This document shows positions 43,721-58,529 of a stretch of DNA of 64,000 bases, piece after piece. The DNA is from Octopus vulgaris (Eukaryota): contig OX597815.1 in assembly GCA_951406725.2 (NCBI GenBank), positions 112,840,001 through 112,904,000 of the forward strand, given 5' to 3'. A program made the translations under genes and the position numbers. Positions within the stretch are counted from its first letter, which is position 1, and the number at the start of each line of letters is the position of its first letter. The notes under the pieces were generated by a model, which was not told where the DNA came from, did no database searches, and was given only the letters and a program-made list of their open reading frames with translations.

Positions 43721-44211
43721 ATGTGTGTGTTTATGTATATATATATATTTATTTATTTATTTATTTATGTCTGTATGTATACACACACTCACACAATCAA
43801 TTTGCCCTCCATTTCTTTCTCGTAGCATTCCTCTCTTAAATCATCTCTCTCTATCTCTCTAACTGCTTGTCTGTCTGTCTGTCTGTCTATCTTATCTGTC
43901 AACTTACAATTCCCCTTAGTATGTTACTATGCAGGCCATTTCTTTCTCTCTGTCTTTTTCTTCTCTTCCTTCCCTGTTGCACTTTTTATCCTCTTATCTG
44001 TATCAGTCCATCTCTCCTATCCTCTCTCCCTATCTCGTACTCATCTCGCTTCGTGTGCTCTGTATATACATAGTCTCTCTTACGCCACACATACACGTCT
44101 ATAAGTCGATAACATTATCGGTTATCTTATCTCGTCTCATCAAGATATTCGCTTAAATTACTTCATCTGGGTGTTTCTCCTCCACACTGAAATGTCAAAT
44201 AAACCAACCTG

Positions 44212-45045
44212 GATGGTGGTGGAAGTAGGGATTATGATGATGATGATGATGATGATGATGGTAGTGATGATGAGGAGGAGGGGGAGGGTGGTGGTGGTGG
44301 TGGAAGCATGACGGTAATGGTAATGGTAATGGTAATGGTGATGATGATGTTGATGTTGATGTTGATGGTGGTAGTTGCTAGTGTTGATTGTAGTGGCGGT
44401 GCTGATGATGATGAACACGATGCTGGTGATGGTTGTGGTGGTGATGGTGGTTGTAGCGTTGATGATGATGATGATGACGATGACGACGATGACGACGACG
44501 AAGAAAAAGAAGAAAGAGGAGGGGGAGAAGAAGAAGAAGAAGAAGAAGAAGAAGAAGAAGAAGAAGAAGAAGAAGAAGAGGGCAAAAATAGAAGGAAAGA
44601 GGAAAATTAAATTAAAAAATAGAAACAAACAGTAGCAACAACAACAGCGTGAATGAAGAACAAAGAACAAAAAATGAAATAAATTTCGTCTTGAAGCAAA
44701 AAGGAAATGAAAAGAGACAAAGTGGAAGAAATAAGTAATTGAAGGATTCATAGAATGAGGGTGAGGGGAGGAGGAAGCAGGTAGAGTAAGGAAAGAGGGG
44801 AAAGGGGAGGAGAATAGGGAGAAAAGAGAGGAGTAGTACTGGATAGGGAGGTAGGGAGCGGATGAGAGCAAGGTGAGGGGGGGAGAAGAGGTGAGGAAAA
44901 AGGAGGAATGAAGAGGAAGACGGGGGCGGGAGAAGCCATATATGAAGATCTACAGCAAGAATAACAATTCCAACGTAAAAAGGATGGTGTGACTAAGCTG
45001 ATTACGATGATGATGATGATGGTGGTTTATGACGAAGACGGTGAC

Positions 45046-45080
<35 letters not shown>

Positions 45081-45560
45081 CGCTGATAATGATGATGACG
45101 AGGATGACGATGGTGATGATGATGATGATGATGATGATGATGACGATGATGACGATGGTGATGATGATGATGATGCAACAGTGGTGGTGGCGTTATTGCA
45201 AGAAAGTGGAATGATGCAATTGTTGTTGTTGTGGATGATTTTGACGGTGGTGGTGGTGGTGGTGATGGTGATGGTGGTGATGGTGGTGGTGGTGGTGGTG
45301 GTAGTGATGTTGTCAGTGTAGATGTTGATCACAGTGTTATTGATATCAATGATGGTAATATAGTTAGTTAAGGTGTTGGATGTAATCATGACGAAGATGG
45401 TGGTGGTGGTGGTGGTTGTGGTTGTGGTGGTGGTGGTGGTGGTGGTAGCGGCGGCGGCGGCGATGGTGGTGGTGGTGGTGGTGGTGGTGGTGATGGTGGT
45501 GGTGGTGGTGGTGGTGGTGATTGTGATAGTCGTCGTGTTTAGCGATGGAGGCGGCAGTGG
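44212..45560. repeat. Cluster of trinucleotide repeats (GAT, GGT, GAA, GAC, GCG) and purine-rich low complexity
   Basis: Directly visible. Composition differs from the dinucleotide repeats elsewhere in the window. Confidence 0.93.
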
Positions 45561-46105
45561 TGTTAGTTAGTGACGGACAAGTCATTGGACAGTATATTTG
45601 TTTATCAACAAAAAGAGGAAATCTTCATTACTCATAGACACTAAGCTTCATATCTATACTGACACATTTATGATAAATGGATGAGACGGAGAAGAAGGTG
45701 AGATGTGGGCTAGAAGACGTGACTCTTTAGACGCTGACGATATCATAATAATGCTAGAAATGCTGGTAGCGTGTTTTTATGATGGTGTTGACTGCCGGCG
45801 GTGCTGCTGTTGCTGCTGCTGCTAAGGGCGGAGAATGGGGTGAAATATACGTGTAAGAAGTAAAAATGTTTACACCTCAAGTTGTCATTAATATAACATA
45901 AATAGAAGCGTGTGTAGGTGTGATAGTGTGTGTGAATGAAATATATATGATTGGTGTATGTATGCATATGTGTACATTACTATATGTGGCTGAATGAATG
46001 TGTGTTTTTATGAACGAATGTGTATGATTGAATGTAGGTGTTTCGGTATTGTAAATGAATGAATGTATGAAAGTATACACGATATAAACGCAGATGTACA
46101 GGCAT

Positions 46106-46170
<65 letters not shown>

Positions 46171-46314
46171 CACACACACTCACACACACACTCACACACA
46201 CATACAGATACATACACACGCATTCTAGTTAGATTAAGAGCTGGGTTCTAACCTAGAAACACAGAAACCCAGCTTTTATATATATCTGTGTGTGTGTGTA
46301 TTAATATATATATG

Positions 46315-46345
<31 letters not shown>

Positions 46346-46363
46346 GCGTATGTATATATATGC

Positions 46364-46409
<46 letters not shown>

Positions 46410-46416
46410 ATAGATG

Positions 46417-46455
<39 letters not shown>

Positions 46456-46722
46456 TGGTCCAAAGCTAGTTTTACAGTTATTCAACTATCTCTTTCACAT
46501 TCATATATTAACAGTTTAGATTTTAATTATGAACAAATATGAAACCATTATTCTATGCTAATTTAATCAATTGTAAGACAGAAATTTAAATGTAATAAAA
46601 TGTTTTAAAGGAAATTTAAAGTGCCTACGTGATAACTGCAAACCTACTTTTGAGCCATATAAATATATATATATATATATATACCTATATATATGCATGA
46701 ATGTATGCATTTATAGTGAAAT

Positions 46723-46975
46723 TGTGTAGCTTTGTGGTTAACGAATTCAGTGCATGAATGTAAGGCGTGAGTTCGATCCTTGTGCAAGACACTTTATTTC
46801 ATGTTACTCCACTTCACTCAACTGGCAAAAATGAGTCATATATGTATTATCTGAATTTCAAAGGCCTAGTCTCTTTGTTACGCTGACTTTCTCTGAGAAC
46901 TACGTTAAGAGGAGGCGGGTCTGCAGAGTGACAGCCACTTGCACATTAATTTCACGAGCAGGCTGTTCTGTTGAT
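46723..46975 (+). mobile_element. Old SINE: CORE-like middle joined to a family-B-type 3' domain
   Basis: GAGTTCGATCC, GCAAGACACTTTATTTCATGTTACTCCACTTCACTCAACTGG, then GAGAACTACGTTAAG...CCACTTGCACATTAATTTCACGAGCAGGCTGTTC. Confidence 0.75.
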
Positions 46976-48066
46976 ATATTTATATCCACACATGTGTGTG
47001 TGTTCGCTCGCGCGCGCGTTTGTGTCCATAGGTGCATAATTCTATACAGCAGGTTAAACTTTTATATTTAAACTCATATTTTCAATATTATCAGAGTTCC
47101 ATTCACAGCTCGTACTTGTAGATTCTTAATTTACTGTGTGTAGTCTGATTTTGTGAAACCCTGCTTCTTAAGACTGTTGCTGAGACAGCTACATATCTAA
47201 TTGTCCCGTGTGTTTTTCATTAGTTGGCCATACATGTTTAATCTTTCAGTTTGTGTTAACATCTGCTTGACAACTGAGTTATACTACCGTGCATGCTTTC
47301 TCTTCTCTATCCCACATCGATTGGTTATGCTTATATTTTACAGATATTTTGACAGACATTCAATAGTACTGTATTCTGCAGCTTACAAGTCGACGTAATA
47401 CATTTTAGCATAAACATGTAGTGTAAAACATTCAAACATTGTCAATATCTTTCAAAAAATCCTTTTGCCCTTCGCATGGAATATTTTGCGTCTCCAAGTT
47501 CGTATTGATATATAAATTGGCCAACGTTTTATAGTTACCATTATTATTTTGTTTTTTGCCGTAAATTTTGGTCTGAAAAAATTGACTTGAATGCCCGAAA
47601 TTACGGTATTCTTTATTATTATGGGTGAGTATGGTCTTTACATTAATGTAAGTTCTTGTTTTGATCTTCGAAAGTATACATCGCATTGCATCGTGTTTTG
47701 ACCACTGAATCATGCTTTTTAGGCGAATAATCCCATTTGGAAATTTTTCAGAACTCTTTCTCTGTTGTCAATAACATTTCAGAGTTAATTTCACAGTGTT
47801 TGCATCGGTTGTTACATATAGGCATTTTATTTGCGTTCATATCCTTTTTGTCCATTATGTTTATGTATTTATTTATTCGTGTTTTTTTCTAGGGTTGCAA
47901 AAGCATACCCTTCAAAGTGATCGCCAATATTCCAGCTATTTATCCAAGGTAGATAATTCTGGTTATCAATGCCACATTTTAAGTTTTCTGATTGCATAGC
48001 CATACACTAACCTCTCCGTTGATAAGAAACACGCATTTCAGCTGATATTCTGGTGTATGTATAGTG

Positions 48067-48155
<89 letters not shown>

Positions 48156-48522
48156 CTTTATTTTTTTGTGGTGGGGTGTAACTTCTTTCTTTGAATGGAT
48201 TCAATAAATAAACTACTATTCACGAATTCAAAAACATCGCGAGATTATTGACATTAACGACCGTAGAAGCTTTAATAAGGTTCAAAAATTCTTGCATTTT
48301 ATAGGGTTACAGAGTTGCATCTTCAAGTGTTAGTTTCAGGAAAAGATGGATTTCTATTCTGTGTTAACAACTCTTACGAGAAAGTTCTATTAGTCGCTCG
48401 ACTTGCTAGAAAAAGCAGCCATAGTTGTATGGTGTTTCAAAAAAGAAATGGTATATCAGATAGCATATTCAGAAGAAAATTGCCTGAAAAGATGGAAAGA
48501 AATGGTCAGAATGCCTTCGGTC

Positions 48523-48675
48523 GACTAGCGTAGCTAGGAGGAGAGGGTGGTAGGGGTGGTCTGCCCCGGACGGCACTTTTCATCCTGTTGTAGGCAATAT
48601 GTGGTTTTTGTGGGGGTCTGGGGGCGGCAAGCGAAAGGGCCGCCCCGGGCGGCACACCCTCTAGCTACGCTAGTG
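48523..48675. mobile_element. hAT-type MITE (153 bp) with 8-bp TSD
   Basis: TIRs (G)ACTAGCGTAGCTAG and CTAGCTACGCTAGTG. Direct repeat CTTCGGTC at 48515-48522 and 48676-48683. GC-rich interior. Confidence 0.88.
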
Positions 48676-49292
48676 CTTCGGTCACAAGTCTGCTTGACTG
48701 AGGTTAAACAACGCGCTCGCTGAGCTATTCAAAATTATGGCCCAAAACACTTAATAAGCATACGAAGGATTTATATACACAAACGCGTATAAATAATAGA
48801 GGAGCGAGATATAAATAAGCTTCCATAGTATGAGTGATTGTTTTGTTTTAATAAAAGACGCTAGATTAAATATGTGAATTTATAATCAGCAGCTATAAAT
48901 TAATGGTTTCAAAGCTTTCTTTCTCGTTGATAGTTTGTTAAATGTTCGTATCATATTAGCAGCTGGCCATCACATTATTACATTTTATATTTCAATACAA
49001 GATGTGTCAATTTTTTTTTTCTTTTTGAAAGGGAAATGATTTATTTCATGTCTTTATTTGTTTAACGTGGGTTATTTCATTAATAATCTTTTGTGTTGAA
49101 ATACGCGAATACATTGTATGTCAGAAATATTAACGAGTACATACCATATAATACGTAAAACATCATATACACATTTATCTATACAAACATGTGTATATAT
49201 ACATGTACATGTATATGTGTGTCTATGTACATATGTATATATATATATATATGTTTGTGTGTGTTTGTGAAAATATGTGTATGTGGTGTGTG

Positions 49293-49410
<118 letters not shown>

Positions 49411-50109
49411 CGTGTTGTGCATTTCAAGAAATGTGATCGCCGCAAAAGCTTCGTACATACACAATCGTTTCGACACTTGTTAAATCGTTTCATAAAGCAT
49501 CTTCTTGATGCGTGTCGCAGCGTTTTTGCTCCTCATCACCTAATATCTCACCCCTCCACATCACAAAATTTTGTTGGAGATTAACTAGAACAACATTTCC
49601 TGTCCACCAAGGCACTTCGAAAAGAACGAATGGAAATAAGTAACAGCAAAAAATTAGCATCAACCACCATTTATACGCCGACTAATTTAATTCATCTGCT
49701 TTCCGTCTGATACTCAGACTAATCAACTTTCCTGCCCACTCATACAAAAGTTGATGTGTTCATGTACATGAGCATTTAAGGTGACTAATGCATATATCGC
49801 TTCTATTATCATTAACTATTCCTTTCCAGAATATCAGACATTTATGAACACCATCCACTTTCCATGCAAACATATGCGCATACACACACACATACATATG
49901 TACACACACACACGTATGAATGTGTGTGTGCGTTCGTGTGTGTGCGCGCGTGTGCCTGTGTGTAAGTGATATCTATTTCATATTACACTTTAAGTCTTTA
50001 AAAGATAAATGACATATATGATAATGGCGTCGGATATTGAGAGAAATTAGTCAACGTTAAGGAGTATAAAGATGGAACAGTGGAGCGGGTGGGAAAGAAA
50101 AAAACTATT

Positions 50110-50700
50110 TATTGTGAAGGAGAGTTCAGATCGAACGGCGTATATGCTTCATGAGAGAAAATAAGATTCTATTTTTCTGATGACGAGTGGTACGAGAACC
50201 ACACCGAAGACCCAGATAGTTTGGTCGGTGGGGCAGAAATACCGAGAGACAGTTGACCTTTTTCTAAGTTTAATGTTTCTGAGGTGCTCCACGAACCTGT
50301 CGGCCAATTGGAGACCGGTTCAGATATAAGTAAATTTGCAAAGGGAACACTGGAGCTCATATATCAGTTTACTAGAAGTGCGCCTTAATGGGGAAAGGAA
50401 AGGACATTATGGCAGCGGGAACGGGAGCAATGAAAACATCTGAAGGGGAACATGTAGGGAAATTGTATCTATGAACGAGGATACTGTGACGGTTGCGGGC
50501 ATGCTTAAAAGAAGAAAAGGTAGAGGAGGGAAGAAGCAAGACGTATCAGAGTTAGGTTGTGGGCGGTGGAGAATGCTGCGTCGCAAGGCTGCGGTGGAGA
50601 ATGCTGCGGTGGAGAATGCTGCGTCGCAAGGCCGCGGTGGCAGGCTGGTAGGTAAGAGGAATGGGGATGCAGTAAGATGTTGTATGTATATTATTGTAAA
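50110..50700 (-). pseudogene. Second Penelope-like GIY-YIG fragment (different subfamily, decayed)
   Basis: Minus-strand frames give IPIPLTYQP...FKHARNRHSILVH...CSRSRC and TSSKLIYELQCSLCKFTYI*TGLQLADRFVEHLRNIK. Internal GCGGTGGAGAATGCT duplications. Confidence 0.82.
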
Positions 50701-50859
50701 CCGATATTTAACCTGTGAATCTGGATTCTTGTTCCCGATGATTAAGAAAATTATAACAAAAATGGTACAAAGTTAGTACTCTCTCACGGATAAAATGGAA
50801 CATGAGTATTTTATTGGGTTGGCATTGAAAGCATTTATGCTTTAAGGTATGTTTTTTAT

Positions 50860-50901
<42 letters not shown>

Positions 50902-51234
50902 TATCAATCTATCTCCCTCTTCCCCTCACTGTCTCTCTCTCTCTCTCTCCTCTCTATTTACTCTCCCTCCCCTCTCTCTATCTCCATCTCTCTGGTCTTC
51001 CATTTTTATGGGAGAATTTGATGTTGCTTTCAATTTTGCGGGGTGTTCCTTTTAAGTTATACTTTTCGCCATTCTTCAGTTACCTACATGACTGGTTTGA
51101 GACCTTTCTTTTGCGTGTCAAAAGAAATGCGGCATTGACATAGATTGACTGAGTTTCAGTCGTTGTCTTGCATACACACAGCCTGTCGAGCCAGACTAAT
51201 ATCCAGTTTGCATCATGGAAGTTCGAGTTTAGGC

Positions 51235-51790
51235 ATTGTTTGAGTTAGGTATTGTTTCACCGGTATATATATGTTATTAGTTCTACAATGTCGAGGTCCG
51301 AGAAAGCTGTTGGCATCGGTTTCACATAATGGACAAGGTCCATATCATTTGCAAAGGAGAGATACAGAATGTTATTCTTGGTTAGCTAAAGTATGACTTG
51401 TTCCATGAACAGCATATTAGAAAGTTCAAGTTATAATTTTGCGTAACTTTCTTGATGTGCTGACATTCTAGAGAGAATGTGGCCGCCAGGAGACATTTAG
51501 AAGATTAAAGTTGCACAGTAGGTTTATATTGTTATGTTGGTGCAGATTAGTCAATACCGCATCAAAATGTCTGAGAGTATTCTTCAATTTACCATCATGT
51601 TTTGGGGGCATTTGGAGGACTATATGTCGTGCATATATAACTATATCAATTTGTTTTAGATGTATCATTAAAATGTCACAAAACGGGTTTGAATGTGACA
51701 GATGTACTTCGCGATTGTTCATCGCGACTTCTTCGGGGCTTCTGTCTCTCTCGTGCTATTTGTATTTCTGCATATACTATATCAGAAGTT
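51235..51790 (-). mobile_element. Old CR1-like LINE endonuclease-region fragment
   Basis: Reverse complement aligns with 17200-17760 (TTCATGGAACAAGTCATAC..GAATAACATTCTG; FCDILMI vs VCDTLIV; CNFNLLNVSW vs GDFNIPNVKW). Confidence 0.75.
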
Positions 51791-51830
51791 AGGTGCGTTT
51801 CTATAGGAGCCATAAATGTGTGTGTGTGTA

Positions 51831-51886
<56 letters not shown>

Positions 51887-52267
51887 AAATTGACGATTTC
51901 TTTTTTTGCAACGACGTGTTTCTGGCATTTGTTTGTTTGTTGTTTCAGGCGATCAATAATTATGTGTGTATGCGTGTGTGTGTATGCGTGTGTGTGTATG
52001 CGTGTGTGTGTATGTGTGTGTGTAACTATATATGTATATACATATATACACATATACATAAATCAGAAAGACAGACAGAGAGACAGACAGAAAGAAAGAA
52101 AGTGAGAAAGAACGAAATACTGATAAAATAATTAACGAAAATCTGAAAAAATTCTTTAGTCTGCATTGATCTTGTTTTAGCTTGGAGCGTGAGATGTATA
52201 TGATATATACGATACATATGAATAGCTACAATTTATGTACATACGTGTATATATATATATATATATA

Positions 52268-52334
52268 TGATTGATTGATTGATTGATTGATTCTAGTTTC
52301 AGCTTATGAGCTGTGGCCATGCTGGGGCACCGCC
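52268..52334 (-). mobile_element. Isolated LINE/SINE 3' tail with (AATC)n
   Basis: Minus strand GGCGGTGCCCCAGCATGGCCACAGCTCATAAGCTGAAACTAG(AATC)n matches the LINE end at 19971-20012. Confidence 0.8.
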
Positions 52335-52981
52335 ACATACATATACATACATATATATATATTATATATATACATATATGTATAAGCATATATATGCACA
52401 TATATATACATGTATACACATACATATATATGTATATGTGTATGTGTATGTATGTGTGCATACACTTTCTCTTTCTCTCTCTCTTTCTCTCTTTCTCTCT
52501 TTCTCTCCCTCACACACAGACACACACACACATACATACACACACAAACAGGCACACAGAGACACAGAACCGAAAATCAAAATTTTCCGGTTATTCTTTT
52601 CAACTGATTCTGTGTGAATGTGCTTAAGTATATGTGCGTTTTCTGTGCTACTTTTCGAAATGTGTGTGAGTGAGTGTGTATATTTGTATCTACATGTGTG
52701 TGTGTGCATGCGTGCCTGTGTGTGTGTGTGCGTGCGCGCGCGTGTGTGTATGTGTGTGTGCTTGGTTTCTAAAATTTCTATTTTTATATTTTCCTTTCGG
52801 CATTTTTCTTATGCTTACTTTTCTCGTCTATTTTCTAATATTGAAGAATATATATATTAATATAGGAAATCTTTAATATAAGAAATATATATAGGAAATA
52901 TGGGAAGGAAATGTCAAAGAACCTGACTTGTCTACTGATAGAGAAGATGTTCCAAATTATTTTGTTGTTCTGTCCACACCC

Positions 52982-53056
<75 letters not shown>

Positions 53057-53351
53057 TTTTGAAGATGAAGTATGAAGTATGCATATATAAATATACAAAA
53101 TGAGAAAATGGAGAAATATACCTAAATCAATCATCAGCCATCAGATAATACCCAATCAATACTTTATTAAACCATTACACAACAGCAGTTTAATAATTTT
53201 ACCCTTGCCCACATAATACAGTAGATGAATTAATTGCATCGCAATTTTTAACATTTATGTATTAGTTTTGTTGGGTACTTCTCTAGCAGTATATTGGATA
53301 TATGTTATCCCATGGAGGGTTGAATTTACAACCCCTATCTAATTTTATAAC

Positions 53352-53464
<113 letters not shown>

Positions 53465-54373
53465 TATAGATAGATGCATATATATACATATATATAGTTA
53501 CATATATATGTACATACATATATTTATACATATATATACACACACACACACGCACACACACACACACGCACACACACACACACACACATGCACGCACACA
53601 CACACATGCATAATATATCTTTTAGCTGTTTGTATTCGTCTTTGAATATTCATAGGTATAAATATAATATGATGAAAGCGCCTTTATTGAGCAAGGTCAG
53701 TCGCTTTGTGACATAAAGTAAATGAAATTTTAATGTTTATATTAGATATATCATATACGTTGTTTTTTTTTGGGGGGGGTTGTGTGTGTGTGTGTGTTTG
53801 TGCGCGCACGTTTGTATGTGTCTTTCAGTGTTGAAATAAGACGAAGAGTACTCAATGCAAAATTAATGCATAGTAAGTTATTGTAGAGCTGAAATTTTTT
53901 TGTCTTCTTTACTCAGACTTTGGGAGTATGTTCAAAGCATATAGCATATTTACAACAAAAATGTGGCATGTGAACGGTCAATGAAGGGTATAAAACATAT
54001 TAAAACTCAATTTTAAGGCATTATTGTATATTGGGGTATATTAATTAGAAATGTTTTCATTCGCCGATAGGTTTGAGATTCTAATAGATATTGCAGTTAC
54101 AATGCTATTGATGGTTGAATTGTGTCTGGCAGTTGGCTAACATCATTCACAGATTGACTCAATGTCTTTTTGCACAAATGGTCTGCAAAGTGGAATTCGA
54201 TTCCGAATCAAAGGACCACAGCAATTTTTTTTTTTTTTTATGTACTAGAGCTCGAGAACGTGTTAAATATGTGGAAGGGTAGAGATGGTATCTATATTTG
54301 CGCGTGACTAAATACGTAAAGAAAGTACAAGCTATAATGTCCTATTCTCCTGTGAGTGACGAATAAGTTTATG

Positions 54374-54442
<69 letters not shown>

Positions 54443-54754
54443 ATACATATGCATATATATATACATGTATATATAAATATACACATATATATATATATAT
54501 ATATGTATACATATAATGGACATTCATACGTGTCAACGAGAATACAGCTTCACCGAAATCTCTGCGAAATCTTTCTATATATATACGTATGCACTATGTG
54601 CATGTGCGTGTTTGTGTGTGTGTGTGTGTGCGCGTTTGTGTGTGTCACCACCGCTTGACAACCGGTGTTGGTGTGCTTACGTTCCAGTAATTTAGCGGAG
54701 AGAGTCTGATTCAGCAGATCGCGCTGAGAAATCACAAAAGAAACCAGGCACATA

Positions 54755-55045
54755 GATTCGACACTGGATTACGCCATGTATGGCATAACAACGCATAATA
54801 ACATGCCGAGAATGCGGTATGGCTTGCTTATCAGCTTGGGCGCTTGAGATGATGCATGAAAGTGCATGACGACCAACAAATGGTTTCTTTTGTTTTAACT
54901 GGGAGCAATCTTGCTTGTAACATCTGTGCCAAACAGTACAGGCCGATTGCCGGCTTGAAAAGTCATACTCGTACAACTCACATGAGACTGATCTTGAAAT
55001 GCTTCAAGTGACGATTCTACACGAGATCAAGAAAGACACCATCAT
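54755..55045 (+). mobile_element. Probable RTE-like LINE 3' fragment with two degenerate C2H2 fingers
   Basis: CRECGMACLSAWAL..MKVH and CNICAKQYRPIAGLKSHTRTTH, ending in ACCATCAT. Lies between SINE E fragments. Confidence 0.55.
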
Positions 55046-55277
55046 ATATGTGTGTGTCTCTTTTGTTCGTGCTTGTCCTTCGGCAATCGCTTGCCAACCG
55101 GTGTTGGCTTGCGTATCCACATGTAGAACTAACGGTTTGTATAACCTAACTTTTCAAACCACTGCGCAGAAGTGTATTGTATTTCTATATGAATAATATA
55201 AAATCTAATGACTAATTCGTTTTTTTTTTTGTGCTAGGCCACTGGTAATAATAATTTGTTATTGCCCTATGTATTAT

Positions 55278-55322
<45 letters not shown>

Positions 55323-55528
55323 TATATATACCAGGGTAAGCACATAAATGTGAGACAGGGTGGAAAAAAATAGTAATTGAATACAGGAAGTAGAATGTTG
55401 TGCTTTATTAATAAAACTGCAAAAGTATCTCAAAAACTGTTAATCAGAGATTCACGTGCCCGTTTCTCGGGATTAATAGTTTTTGTAATGTTTTTGTAGC
55501 TTTATTAATAAAATATAGATAGGTAGAC

Positions 55529-55633
<105 letters not shown>

Positions 55634-56016
55634 CAGAGAGAGAGAGAGAGAGAGAGGTTGAGAGTTAGGTTATATTCTGTTAAGAACGTAGTAGAGTACA
55701 GTATAAAGTTCGTCCATCTTCAGATTTCTCTCGGTGCTCTCCAGCAGCATTATACGTACTGCCAGATTCGCGTGAGGGCTTCTGTAGTATTTGAATGGAT
55801 AATTGAATAATATATAATTGAATTATATATATATATACATATATATGTGTGTGTGTGTGTGTGGTAATATAATTCCAAAACTTACAGGGAGAAATTCAAT
55901 TTAACAATTTTATATCAAATTTCATAATATATAATATATGTATATGATTTAGAGAAAAACCTCTATTAAACAATTCAATAATGAAAAGATATTATTCACA
56001 CCATATAGAAAACATA

Positions 56017-56067
<51 letters not shown>

Positions 56068-56443
56068 ATATATTGTGTGTGTGTCTGTAGTTGTATGTAT
56101 ACGAAGGATATATACATATATATGTGATAATCATATCTACTATAGATAGATGCGTTAGACACCATACTTAACCAACTAAACAAATGAATGCAACAGCAAA
56201 GACACGAAGTCTGCCACAAGAAGTTGTCTTGCGTTATTTACACTTATATTCATTGAGATCTTTGCAAATAATTGCTTTATGCACCTATTCAATTATAAAT
56301 CGTGAAGCAGTTGAAGACTCTTACGATATGTGTATATATGTATGTGTGTGTATATATATATATACTTGTGTGTGTGTGTATAAGAGTGTGTGTACCTGTT
56401 TATGAATGCTCATTTATGTCAATGTATATGTGTGATCATGATG

Positions 56444-56526
<83 letters not shown>

Positions 56527-56622
56527 CTATGTGAATAGAATTGTACAAGTTAAATGAAAGCGAATACTAGGTGTATAAATCAACCCAGAATATCTGGATA
56601 GAATTCTTCTAGATAATATACA

Positions 56623-57865
56623 CGAGGAGTGTTCATTAAAGATTTCCCCTGACCCACTTCCCAAGGGTTAGGATAAAGGAAACTTACCATAATCGTAAGT
56701 CCTTCTCTATATAGCCACCACCAGTGGTGACACACTTCTCCCATCGCTTCATGCAGCTGTGAAGACCTCACCTGTAGACGTCGATAGGTTGCGTGTGGAG
56801 CCAAGACTTTTACTTTGGAAATAAGTTCAACATCATATGAAAACTGCTTTCCCTTCAAAGAAGACTTCATGGTTGGAAAGTGGTGAATGTCAGGCGGTCG
56901 AGGTTGGGAGAGTAAGGGGATGAGGAAGGATTTCATAGCTGCAGGAGTGTGCTCTTTTCTGGACAAAATACGCATTGCGAACTGGGATGTTGTCTCGAAG
57001 GAGGCGGACTCATTTGGTCAGCATGCCAGGCCTCTCTGCTTTGATGGCCTCCCGCAATTTCTGTAGTATAATATTGTGGTACTTTTTGCCAGAAAATCAA
57101 TCGTCACTACTCCGAGCTGATCCCAAAAGACTGTGAGCATCACCTTGCCTGCTGAGGGTTGGGCACGAGCCTTCTTTAGAAGTGGTGAGTTACCATGTTT
57201 CCATTGCTTCGACTGGACTTTAGTCTCAGGATCCTAGTGATAGACCCAAGTTTCATTCTGTGTGATAAGTCTACTGAAAAAGTCCTCCTCATTTTCTTGG
57301 CACATTGCCAAAAAGCCTGGGAGCAACTGACTAGTTCCTGCTTCTGAAAGTTGTGAGCACCCGTGGAATCCAACGTGCAGACAACTTCCGAATGTGCAAA
57401 TGGTCATGAATGAATTTTTCTACAGACCCTACACTTCTTGGGCGCTAGTTTCCAAATAGTTATGCGGCGATCCTCCAAAATGGCGGTTTCCACTTTATGG
57501 ATGGTGTCGTCATCAATGGCGGAATATGGTCGTTCATGAATAGGAGTAGTTTTCACCAATTTCCAACAACATTTGAACTGACGATGCCAGTGCTTGACTA
57601 CGTCGTATGATGGAGCATCATCACCATAAACTTCTTTCATCTCACGATCTTTCAACTATGAGAACCTGATCACTGATCTGCATTCAACTGCTTGCATTAC
57701 AACACCTAAATCCACTTCAGCAGCCGTAAAAGACAAACGAGTACTAATGGAAAGCTGCAATTTACAATTTGACATGTAGAGACATGTATGATTATATCTG
57801 TACAAGTTCCGTTTCCTGCAGTATCCGGAAGTGGTTCAGAGAAAATCTTTAATGAACACCCATCA
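56623..57865 (-). mobile_element. Full-length mariner (DD34D) relic
   Basis: TIRs CGAGGAGTGTTCATTAAAGATTTCCCCTGACCCACTTCC and GGAAGTGGTTCAGAGAAAATCTTTAATGAACACCCATCA|TA. Minus-strand transposase from ATG 57697 (MQAVECRSVIRF, VYGDDAPSY, WIPRVL, NETWVYH, GGGYIEK), disrupted. Confidence 0.92.
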
Positions 57866-58529
57866 TATCTCCTGAATATTCAACTACAACGTTGACTTTT
57901 CAAATTTGCCCGTTTCATTGCATATGAAAAAGGAGCACACAATATTTCTTTTCAATACTCCCGACAAATATCTATGTTTCTACAGGCAATGTAATCGTCT
58001 GTCTAGGATTTAATACAGCTATCCTCGTTTATCACATGTCTCTCATCACTGATCTTGGATAACGTTATACGTTAATTTTGAATCGTGTTACGCTTATCAC
58101 GAATTGGTCTGTGATAATACATTAAGCAAGGACCTCAAAAGCGTACCACAGCGTCTATTCACAATGCTCAGAGTGAAACCTATTTTTCCCATATGTCCTT
58201 TGATGCATATATGTTTGATTCATTTAACACAGTATTTTACAGAACCAAATTCCCTGTGATAAATAAAGTAGTCGTTACATCAAGGGAGGTGTCTTTTATG
58301 CATAATATTCATAAAATGCAAATATTGATGTTTAGTGAAAAACATATCCAGGTTGGCGTGGTAACGAAGTGGGTAGCAGTTGTGCTTGAAATTTCGAAAG
58401 GAGGGGAGAATGTGTGTGTGTATACATACATACGTATGCATGCATATTCATATATCTATATCCTTCTCGCTTTTGTATTTCATGTATATTACCCTTGTGG
58501 CCAACAAATGAAGAAATAATTTTTTCCTA

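Noticed and set aside
44158-45585. Poly-S/E/D/H/V ORFs
   Set aside because: Open in several frames on both strands because of trinucleotide repeats; no domain is recognisable.
47040-47800. Possible decayed DNA-transposon ORF on the minus strand
   Set aside because: No clear catalytic motifs or TIRs identified.
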